A DNA stretch of 64,000 bases, taken from the human T2T-CHM13v2.0 reference genome, Homo sapiens. Under the pieces are notes generated by a model. It saw only the letters and a program-made list of their open reading frames with translations. It searched no databases and was not told the DNA's origin. The translations under genes were made by a program, and so were the position numbers. The DNA lies in assembly GCF_009914755.1 (NCBI RefSeq), contig NC_060926.1; one strand, given 5' to 3'. Within the stretch, counting starts at the first letter, position 1; the number at the start of each line of letters is the position of its first letter. Shown piece after piece: positions 52,961 to 64,000 of the stretch.

Positions 52961-54872
52961 TTAAGCAAAGTTAAAACTTGCAGAAACTAAACTCTCTTGT
53001 TTTCATAGCCCTTGGTGGTCTCTAGATTTGTCAGGGGCTTCCAAAATCACTCTTGAGAGGAGAAAGAGATGCAAGAACAAAATTAATAATAAAATCACTA
53101 TGCTTCCTCTCCCACTGGTTGCCTCATCAAATTTAGAAATTGCTATAGCAATCTATCCAATTAGGCCATAGAGACTTAGCAGTGGAGTCTACCATACTAT
53201 AAGGGATCCCATTTAGTTTATTATTTTCAGGTTACTTCTTTGAACTAAGCAGGCTGCTAAGTTCAATCAAATATAAAAATAGTAGGGTAATTCAGGAAAG
53301 CATCTGACTTGCCTATTGCTTGTAGCCAATTGGCCTATTATGATGGAGTTATGAAATCTATTATTTGCATATTGGTTGACTGAACCTGGGAACCAGGTTG
53401 CCAATGGTTTCACTGCAGATTGATTCTGGGTGAAATACCCCAAATTTTACCCCAAATAATAAGCTATGAGATTAATTCAGAGGTATATTTTTATTATACT
53501 CTTAAAGCTCAACATTGGGCTGCAGGGCTCTTGAAAGCCTGGCATGACTTTAGGAGGCAGGAGGAGGAAACTCATTGTCTCCCTGGAAGCACACCTGTAT
53601 TAGACTTGGAAATCCCCCTAATTTGTTGCTCTCCTGTGTGGAGTACCAAATTGATAGAGGAGATACCTTATTAGGATACAGTTTTTGGCTTAAAACATAT
53701 TTTTCACCTATTTGGAATTTAAATTTGTTGCTTCATTTCAAGCTGAAGACCAGAACAGTTAGTGAGCGGTTAGTGATAATCCAATTAAGGGCCTTGATGG
53801 GGTCAAGCTTCTCATTGAAGGTGACCAGCCTTGGCTATTTCAAATACAAAACCTGTTACTGAAAGAGATGAGCCTTTGGCCCCTGGATGATCTCGTCTAT
53901 ATGCCATGGCTTCACAGGAGCAATGAGCACAAGCCCCAAGCTCTGTAATATTTTTTAAATGATGCAAAGACTGAAAAGTATATTTTTTTCTTCCTCAAAA
54001 GAATAGGCATGAATATGAAGGAGATTATTTAGGATATGCATACATTTTAAGGAAAAAGCTATCCAGCTGAGAGGCTGGGGTTATATAAAGTGAATGTCTG
54101 TTTTGTGTCTGTAAATTTACATATTCAAAATAACTCAGAAGCCAAGAAATTTGCTTCAATGAAAAGTTGCAAGATGCATTTATTCTTGGGCAATGAAATG
54201 GTATGTCTTCAGGAAAGCTTGAGAGCTGCAGATTCTGAATACAAGACTGTAAGAATGTGTCACAGTAAGACACCTGTCGCTAAATGCTCCTAAAAGTATT
54301 GATAATAGGCTGAATCTGCAGATTTGGTCTTGTATAAAGTATCAAATGCCATATTTGTTGGCTAAACCCATAATAAAGGACATGGAATAAAAGAGGAAGG
54401 CCTCAGGCAACTGCTGCTGAGGAAAAGCCACTGGCATATGCAGGAAGGGTTTTGCTGTCCATGTACTTGGGGCAAGGAGCCTATTTTGTTGTATTCTCTG
54501 CACTTGATTTTAAAATACCTCAGGCCAAAATATATGTGTGTTACTTTAAATCTATAACTTAGGAACTTTCCAAATTCCATGGCTGAGAATATACCAACCT
54601 AGGTCAGAGGCTTTAGCTGTCTTAATCTCCAAACAACATCAGAGCCCTTAAAATGAACATACTGGATGATAAAGTAGCTTTTCATCATTGAACTGAGTGC
54701 TGTTTCAGATGAGTGCAGAGGAGAGTTATTGTTCCTGGCAACATATCCTACTCCAACACCTTCATAAGAATAGAGAATGAGAATCAGAATCAGCAAACCC
54801 AATAGGCTCAATCTTACAGAACACTGTCTTAGGCTTAGACTTCTGAAATTAAACCTATATTTATTTTACCAC

Positions 54873-55350
54873 TGTATTAGTCATGGTCCTCCAAGTCAAT
54901 AGCATATGTAAATTTGTGTGTATTGAGAGGGAGAAAGTGGAGTGGGGGGTGAAGAGAGAGAGATACCATAAGGAATTGGCTCATACGATTACAGAGATGA
55001 CAAATCCCAAAATCTACAGTCAGCAGGCTTGAGACCCAGGATGGGCTGATGTTTTGATGTTTCGGTTCAAGTCTAAAGGCAGGACAACCAATATTCCAGT
55101 CCAAAAGCAGTCAGGTAGGAAGAATTACCTCTTATTCAAGAGAAGGTCAGGCTTTTGTTGTATTCAGCCCTTCAACTGAAAGGATGATGCCCACCTACAT
55201 TCAGGGGTACAATCTGCTTTACTCAGTCTATTGATGTAAATGTTAAACACATCCAAAACCACTATCAAAGAAACATCCAGAATAATGTTTGACCAAGTAT
55301 CATTGTACTGCATTGCCCAGTCAAGTTGACCTATTAAATTAACTATCACA
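54873..55350 (-). mobile_element. MLT2B-like solo ERVL LTR
   Basis: TGTATTAGTC..AAGGAATTGGCTCA..AATTAACTATCACA; TSD ACCAC/ACCAT. Confidence 0.82.
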
Positions 55351-58189
55351 ACCATCTGGCAAAGACACTTGACATGTGCTCCAACTATAATATTAGGTGA
55401 AAACTGCCTCTAGAATGATGTCACATCTGTCTCTAATGATGTGAAGTGGTGTCAGAACACAGAAATGGACAGAGGCCTAGAATCTCATCAGTATTACTGA
55501 AAATGTTTTATGATGACTTTTGTGCATGCTTGTTAATAGATGTTGATGTACAGAATTTGCTTTCATTGCTTTCATTGTAACCTCATTGTAGTGAGAGCAT
55601 ATGGGAGGATACCTATTGTTTTCAGCTATTTCTAAACTACTGGAGACTGCCCAGTGTCAACCAAGAAGAATCTCATACTTGGGAATGGCCACATTACATT
55701 GGCTTAGGCCAGACTGCAGCACATTTTCTATAAAGCCTCTGGGTGGAAAATGTTTTTTTCCATAGAAGAGGTTTTGAAATGTCCTTCCTAGCTCAACAGC
55801 ACCCAGGATAATACAGATCTCACAGAGCAAATGCAGGTGACAGAGATCACAGCCCCAGGCCTCAGGTAGAGAGTAAAGGCTTGCAAGATCTCACAACTAT
55901 TTTTGATAATATACAAAACAGAAAGCTAGCATTGAGCAGAGGTAAGGGGAGTTAAATACAGCTTCTGTGGAAATCAGTTGCTAAAGGCTGTCTCAGGAGC
56001 AAAGAAAGAAATAAAATAAGACTTTGGAACCAAAAGAAAGAAGCAGACATCAGAGCACACCCAAACAGAGAACCCAGAGAAGATTAACATTAGCCCCTTA
56101 TCACATTGCTCAAAGATTATCATCAGCTCAACAGTAATCAGAACTCCAAATAAATATCAAAAGCTATTGAATTCCTTTAGAGTTTGTCATATATGTGTAA
56201 ATTAAATGTTTTATCATTTTTATTGCATTTCTTTTGTCTTCCTATATATTCCCCAAATAAAATGCCCTACATGTTTTGTGATGGGATGAATGAAAACCAT
56301 CTTATAAAATTAGAGTCAAGATTCTGGTGCCCACAGTGGACTAGACAGATAAGCACCTGCATGCCCTGATGAATATGTGGTAGAATATGTCATTGAATAC
56401 AGACCTAATGAGATTTAATACTCTTCTTGTATATACCACCAAAGTAAAAAACAATAATCCAATAAACAAACTCAATGACTATTCCCAATGAATGTGTATT
56501 TCACTCGAGGCTGAAGTTTTTAACCTTCTGGAATCAAATTTGCTCTCTGAAATATTTTATATTTAGCTTTGAATGTAAAGTCCCTTTGCTTTGGCTGAGG
56601 ACTCCCCAACAGGGTTGTAAAGCAAAGGAAATTATAGAATTACTTTATCTGTTACCCTTTCAACTGGCTTTGTAATGCAATCTATGTTTTGAGACTTAAG
56701 GGAGGTGCTTTTGGAAGATACAGTAACTCTAATCAACCTTGCAGTATTTTCTCTAGGAAATTACTACATCAATGCCTAAAATTGCATTTAAATGAAGAAT
56801 AGTAGGTAACTTCCTTCCCACAATAGTCTTTTGTGTACTTGATGTCTCTTGTATAATCTATATTCAGCCTTCTGCTATTTCTTCATATCTTATCTCCTCA
56901 GGACAGTGGGGATTTATTTGGCTTATTAATGTCTCCTTTTCAGGGATATTTTTCCCCATGAGGCTATTTTGTGTTCCACTATGAGCTCATAAAGCTAATC
57001 TAAACATAGGGCACCACTGACATTAAAGGAAAAATTTGTTCAGAAAACATCCCCATGAGACTTAGAAAAAAAAAATCAACCCTCCAGGCAGATTCACAGA
57101 GTGATTTTAGGATGAACATTTTCATTTCATTAAAAAAAACAAGACAGCTTTGATTTTTACGTATCACTTTTTTTTCCCATAAGTTAGAGATACTAAAGAT
57201 AAATATGTTTATATGTGTGGAATTTACTCCAGATTCTGATAAACAATGTGCATATCTCTGCATATTGAGTCGAGATGGCAAACACTGTGGGTTTTTTGTA
57301 TTATAACTAAATTATGTATCTGGAGTTTTACCTCCTCAGCAAGATAAGCTTTTCTATTACATATAGGACCACATGCAAGAATTAGGAAGATTAGGAAAAA
57401 GAAAAAGGCATCTGAGCATGTTGATATTACTGGTCTGGGGAATTTAGCTGACATATTAAAAGAACTTTCTGAACAAGATTGGTAGAAACTCAATTTCACT
57501 TCTCCCTTGAGTTTCTTGGGTTCTGGCCATTTCTGACAATTGAAGGCTCTGGATGGGAGCTCTCTGCCCATCTGGGAGCCTATTAAAAGAAGGAAATCAA
57601 ATACACATAACTATTTACTTCCTTTATGGCAACCACTAAAACCACTGAATAAACAAAAAAAAATGTTGCTCAATAAAATGTTAATTTGAAAATGCCACTG
57701 TAGTTAAGTCCAAAGTCATTTTTCACCCTTATATCCTATCCTGTATCCAATTTGTCATTAATTACAGTTTTTTTTCTTTAAAATGTCTTTCAGCTTTTTT
57801 TTCTTGTTAGGCCTTAGGACTACACTCTTTTGTTAACAACAAAAACAATAATAATAATAAACTTTAGCGTGACTTCCTGGCTGAGTCACTACACATTTCC
57901 ATGTACATATTTGCAGATTAATTTAAGGCTTAAGTTCAGCTACCTAAGATAGTGTTTCGGTTGTTTATGAGAACACCGAGTACAAACTAACTTTATATTT
58001 AAGATGTATCTCTTGTGAGAAGTAAATAGTTGTGTCTTGCTTTTTATCCAACCTGATGACTTCTTCTAATTGGAGTCTATAGCTCATTTTTATATTAATA
58101 TGGATGCATTAAATCTATGATTTGGTATATGTTTTCTACTTGGCTCCTCTATTTTTTCATTAGCCTGTTTCTCCTTTCCTACACTACAG

Positions 58190-60774
58190 AATGGCAGATT
58201 AAAGTAAACTCTCTTTGGGGCCACAAACTGAAAATAAGTCATGGATGCTAATGGAGCTATCTTGGTTACTTGTGTAGATGTCTATGGTAAGGGTCCATTC
58301 TCTGATGAGACTGACTGCCTGAGCTTATATTGCTCAGCTTGCCATTACTGCTGTCTGGATTCATTATCATACCAGAAAAATCAGTGCATCTACCATCACA
58401 GACAAGGCACAAAATAAAGTGTTCTATGTCTCTGATGCAGAGATTACCATTACCACCACTTGCGTAACTTGTGATACATGCCAAAAGTTGACCCATTTGT
58501 CTTGTGATAAGAGAGGTCACCTTGTACAGGGTATAGCTCTCAACCACTCTTGTAGACTGACTAGATTGCACCTTTGACCCCCTCTCCAGGCTGACAGCAG
58601 TGTTTTACCACTGTTTACGCTTTCTCTCATTATGGGTGTTTCTGTTCCTTAAAGATCAGCTGTATTTGACCAGAGTTGTGGCCCTTCAAACGATCTGTGT
58701 ATTTGGCCTTCCAGATCATTTTCAGTCTGATAAGCACTTTTTATCATACATGTTACTTAGTAATGAGTTGATTATCAAGGTATTTGATAGAATTTCCACA
58801 CTCTCTTTTATCTACAGGTATCTGATATTATTGTGCATGCATTGCATCTGCCTTCTCAAAAATTGATTCAAACTATTTCTGACTTTGTGTTTCTCACTTT
58901 CTTTGGGCTCACACACCATAGCAAGGAAATTTGACCACTGAGTGCAGCTGCCCCCAGAAAGGGATCATCTACCTGTGACTGCTTCTTGGGTGATAATTAG
59001 GACCAAAGACGTGAGAGGTTATTTAAACCTATTTTGAAAATTCAAGATTCATCCTTGATCATTCTTGGGCCTGAAGCTTCTTACTTTCCCCTAATAATAA
59101 ACACAGGTGATCTTGGTAGGTATGCCCCTTGGACGTCCAAAAGGGGGCCCAAAAAACTTAATTCTGGTTTAGCATCTTGGGTTCTTTTGTTGGATGGATC
59201 TGGTCCTGGATCATAACACAAAGATCTCTTGGTTGACCACATTGTTCATTGAGTCCCCCTGCAGTGGCCCACTTCTACAAAATTGAGCATAATAGATTGC
59301 TATAAATGTTATAAAAATGACCTTGTTTCTCTCATACCTGATCTTTCTAGATGAGAAATCTAGTTGTGAGCAGGAGATAATAATAAAAAAAAAAAAGGTG
59401 TTGTACTATATTGGAATGAGGCACATCTATTTTGTGGTGGCAGAAAACAACACCCTGTCACCTGGGAGAAGAACACTTCAGATATGGAGAGGGAAAGGAG
59501 AGAGGAGTACGTTAGTCATCTCTGTCTTCCAGAATCAACTCTGGAGATTTCCTTCACAAAGAAGAAGGCCCTGATTTTCTCTCCCAAAATATTATAAGAA
59601 CATTTACTTCAGCTGACTGCTCAGTCTACCAAACCCTACCAGGTATCTGTGAACACAATTTGATCAACATCTCCTTTCACCTTACTGAGAAGATAAGTAG
59701 AAACATATCTTCTGCACCTTTCATGTGAAACAGCCGTCAACACATCTGGAGGTCTTCCCCACCCTCATTCATGTAGCCCTTTCTCAGTCCCATGATGCAG
59801 ACTAATTCCACCAAACCAGTGGGATAGACAAATGGGACAGGTTAGATTGACTGCCCTCAAGCAGGTCTTCCAGAACAATCATTTGACTCAATCATTTTAA
59901 CTGAACTGGGCACTCAAAGGTCTAATGGCCAGACAGAGGGGCTGTTAGGACCCCTGTCAACCTGTAGGTCCTGACCCATGTAGGAACTACTTTGAGGACA
60001 CCAACAATTATAGCCAATACTTTATTTCCTGGGGTTCTATGTATATTTGCTTCTTAACTGTAAGGCAGGTATAAACTGACTTCCTCCTAAAAACATAATG
60101 TCTTTACCTTAAAAGACTTTCAAGTATTTAAGAATACAAGTAGATCATGTAGCTCTCATATGGCTATAGAAATCTCTTCAAAATTTGGTCACCCCTAGTT
60201 ACTCAGGGAAGATTTCTGGAGAAATCAGTGAGATAAATGGCTCATTATTTTAGCACACCCTGTGAGAAGTTAGTTTTACAATGGAAAGCATTCAGTTAGA
60301 AATTTGTCCTTAACTTTGTTGAAATGACTAAACATACCACTTCAGCTCTAGAATGCATTCAGGTCAGCCATAACTTAAAGGCCACAATTGCCCTAGATTT
60401 CCCCCTTTTGGGTTTAAGCAGAATCTATGTATTCACTGATACATCTTACTGTACCTCAGCTAAAGTGGAAAGGCTAATGCAGAAATTTAAGAAGAAAATT
60501 ACCTCAATTTCTAAGGTAGACCCTGATGGCTTAAAAGAATTTATTTAGCTGGTTGGGTCCAGCTGGGAAGAATGGTCAATACAGCAGATTGGCTTCCTCC
60601 TGCTACTGGTAGCTCTGGGGATAGTAGTCTTAATTAAATGATATGGGAAACAAAGTGATGGATTTAGTCCTAGCCTACCTTATTTAAATTAATGAGACTA
60701 GCCAACAGAGTAGCGTACTCATGGGAAAATTCACCAGCAGTCAAGACAAAGTAGTAGCAATAAGAAGTAGATAC
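58190..60774 (+). mobile_element. ERV1 internal remnant (MER110-int-like): integrase and env TM traces
   Basis: CDTCQK integrase Zn-finger-like stretch ~58470; ORF 60324-60548 (IALDF..TDTSYCT) resembles env ISU/CX6CC. Confidence 0.6.
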
Positions 60775-61282
60775 TGTTGTGACATAATTCTCCAGGGCTA
60801 TCTCATAATTTTATGTCTTATAAGGAAGGCAGTTACTGTACTTTATTCTGAACTATCTTTTAAAAGATTTTTGTATAGAGAGTAGCCTTGGAAGACAGAG
60901 ATAGAGTTTTCCTCCAGAGCAAATAGCAAGCACGCTTACTGTCAAATACAGTGATGATAATATCTCTTTCCAGACCAAAGGGCTAGCATGCTTATTACCT
61001 ATCATGAAATATTAGGTTCTAAGCGCAAAATCACTTTCCTGTATTACAGACCACAGCATGTGCTAATGCTTTCTGGCTGAATAGCCCTTTGGAAATCAGG
61101 AATTGGAGGCACAGGGCAAAAAAAAATGCCAATACCTTTGTGATTGCCAATATTATTTGTAATTAACTATAGTTTCCAAACCAGAAAGCTCATATAATTT
61201 ACCAGAATCCATGAAACTGTGGCAGGCTAACCTGTTAGCTTCCCAATAGACTAAAATCTCAGAGCCTTCAGAGTTGCTGACA
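60775..61282 (+). mobile_element. ERV1 3' LTR (MER110-like)
   Basis: TG..CA termini; CATGAAACTGTGGCAGGCTAAC near the 3' end; purine-rich tract upstream. Confidence 0.65.
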
Positions 61283-62037
61283 ATATAATAAGGTGAAACA
61301 TCACACATAAACAGTGATCACAGTTTCTGATACAATAAATAACTTCAATATTGGAAGTTATTTGGTGTCATTTCCCTTGCATATCACAACACTCAGTACA
61401 AAGTCAAAGTGCAATATATAGTAAAAGAGGGATTGGTCAAATTTTCAATAAAATATTAAAAAAAAATTTGCTTGCCATAATGCCACAAAATAAAGATTTC
61501 AAAATATAATTGGGTGGTCAAAACAAAATTAATAGATAGTTCTAGAATCTTTTTAGTTCAATACATACCAATCAGCCGTCAGTTTTCACAAGTTGAATAG
61601 GTTTTGTTCTTAATTTTCTATCCAGTAGATGTCAGCAATTTTCTCTATTTCTTTATAAAATTAATTCTTGCCTAACTCATATGTTTCAAACATCAGAGAT
61701 TCTCATTACAATTAGATTTTTATCATTATCTAAAAATTTTGGTAACATAATAATCAATGTTGGCTAAAGATGATATTTTGATACAGTGACAAAAGGCCAA
61801 TGCTTAGCTTTATGTATCTCAATGCATCAGCCAGACATGTGAAAAACATCTCATTTATGAAGGATATACCTGTCATATAATGAAAAGATATCATAAATTT
61901 TTGCCCTGAGTAATATTTCAGTACTTATTAAACCCATAATGTTCTCTTATTTTTATGGAAAAGGAGGGAAGGGTGGAGTTTCTATTAGATTATATTATTA
62001 CATAAAATATCCTATACCCTTTCCTGTGGAAGGGTTA

Positions 62038-63866
62038 TAGACATACTTCAAAAAGTTTGTAGAAAATGGAATTAAATGATAAAAATAAAAAATACAAACT
62101 TTATTTCTCAGCATAACCTCCACTGAGCTCAAGACACTTTTGTAAGTGATAGTGCCAGCCATTCAGTCCATCTCCAAAGAATTGAGGGGCCTGGGAATTT
62201 AACCATGTCAATGCAGTCTTTTTTACATTACTAACTTTTGAAAAAAGTGTGCCCTTTAAAGATTTGTTGTTTAAGATTAGGGAACAATAAAAAGTCAGAA
62301 GGAGCCAAATGAGGACTGTAAGGTGGATGCCTACTGATTTCCTATTTACACTCTAATAAAATGACCTTTGTTTAATGAGAAGAATGAGCAGGAACATTGT
62401 CATAGTGGTAAAGAACACTCTGATGAAAATTTCTGGGTGTTTTTCTGCTAACACTTTGGCTAACTTTCTTAAAACTCTCTCATAATAATCAGATATTATC
62501 AGTTTTTGGCCCTCCACAAGGGCAACAAGCCAAATGCATTTAGAATCCCCTAAAATTGTTGCCATTACTTTTGCTCTTGACTGTTTCACAATTGGACCAC
62601 TTCCATCTCTTGGTAGCCATTATTTTGGTTTGGTTTTGTCTTCAGGATTGTACTGGTAAAGGCATGTTCAATCTCCTGTTATAATTCTTCAAAGAAATCC
62701 TTTGAGATCTTGACCCCTCTTGTATAAAATCTCCATTGAAAGTTCTGCTCATATCTGCAGTTGATCTGGGTGCAATGGTTTTAGCACACATTGAGTAGAA
62801 TATTTGCTCAACTTTTTCAGTTGGAATTGTGTAAGCTGAACCAATTAAGATGTCTATGATATTGGCTGTTGTGGGTGCTATTAATCATTGGTCTTTTACA
62901 ATTAGGGCATTTTGATGGTCAATATTGAGTGTCAACTTGATCAGATTGAAGGATGTAAAGTATTGTTCCTGGGCATGTCTGTAAGTGTTGCCAAATGAGA
63001 TTCACATTTGAGTCAGTGGACTGTGAGAGGCAAACCCACCCTCAATCTGGGTGGCACCATCTAATCAGCTACCGCAGCAGCTAGAATAAAGCAGGCAGAA
63101 GAGGTTAGAAGGACTTGACTTGCTGAGTCTTCCAGGTTTCATCTTTCTCCCATGATGATACTTCCTGCCTTCAAACATCAGATTCCCAGTTATTCAGCTT
63201 GCGGACTCTTGGACTTACAACAGTTGTTTGCCAGAGGCTCTCAGGTCTTTGGCCACAGACTGAAGCCTGCACCATCGTCCTCCTTATTTTGAGGTGTTGG
63301 GACTCAAACTGGTTTCCTTGCTCCTCAGCTTGCAGTGGGCCTATTGTGGGACTTCGCCTTGTGATCATATGAGTCAATACTCCTTAATAAACTCCCCTTC
63401 ATAATTACATCTATCTTATTAGTTCGGTCCCTGTAGAGAACCCTGGTTAATACAGGCATGAACAAGTTAATTTTTTCCTCACAAATTGATGTGAATAATC
63501 TGCTGCTGTGGGCTTCATCTTCAACATTGATTCCTTCTTAAAATGAGCCATTCATTTGTAAATTGCTAATATCTTTAGGGCATTGTCCCCATAAACTTTT
63601 TGAAAAGCATCAGTGATTTTACCATTCTTTCATCCAAGCTTCCCATTAATTGGATGTTTGTTTTATATCAATTTTAGTAGAATTCATGTTGCTCTGATAA
63701 AGATTCTGTTCAAACTGATGTTTTATCCTTCTTAGTGCCTCAAACTAGATCCTGTTCAGACATGTTATAACAAGTTAGTATGATGTTATTTTGGTGTAAA
63801 AACTTTGAAATCCCTGCATAGATATTTCATAATGTGCGTTTTCATGAACTTTTTGAATATCCTTCA
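62038..63866 (-). mobile_element. HSMAR2 mariner transposon (defective), split by MLT2A
   Basis: TIRs CTTCAAAAAGTTTGTAGAAAATG / CGTTTTCATGAACTTTTTGAA with TA flanks; ORF 62353-62589 (SRAKVMAT..YYERVLRKLAK) is mariner transposase. Confidence 0.88.
62911..63454 (+). mobile_element. MLT2A solo LTR
   Basis: TGATGGTCAATATTGAGTGTCAACTTG..CCCTGGTTAATACA; TSD GGCAT. Confidence 0.9.
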
Positions 63867-64000
63867 TACACTTCAATCTATTTATTGATGCCAGATTTTA
63901 AAATGTGAGCAGGAATGTGTCTCATTAATGAGTAGAAGTTTTAGAATCATCATGTCCTTTATTCATTGTTTTCTTTTTCCTCTGACATGAGACTGGAAAT

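Noticed and set aside
62038-63866. Possible functional or domesticated mariner transposase
   Set aside because: Frameshifts, stop codons and an LTR insertion disrupt the ORF.

Overview
This is primate (most likely human or hominoid) AT-rich intergenic or deep-intronic DNA, largely a nested mosaic of transposable elements. It contains old and young LINE-1 pieces, L2/MIR, three Alus, ERVL/ERV1 LTRs and internal remnants (LTR33, HERVL/MLT2A, MER52, LTR30, LTR12, MER110-like), and DNA transposons (MER5A, Tigger2, MER47, MER20, MER63, HSMAR2). There is one L1-retroposed Y1 RNA pseudogene. No protein-coding gene is supported: the listed ORFs are TE remnants or chance ORFs. I found no new multi-gene system. 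The most unusual signal is a set of repair and retrotransposition scars: three local templated duplications (76-250 bp, copied from 1-3 kb away), a fold-back AT-rich insertion, (TA)n tracts with perfect inverted flanks, two twin-primed L1 insertions with short 3' transductions, and a poly(A)-only insertion with a perfect 17-bp TSD. Subfamily names come from remembered consensus sequences and need RepeatMasker/Dfam confirmation.
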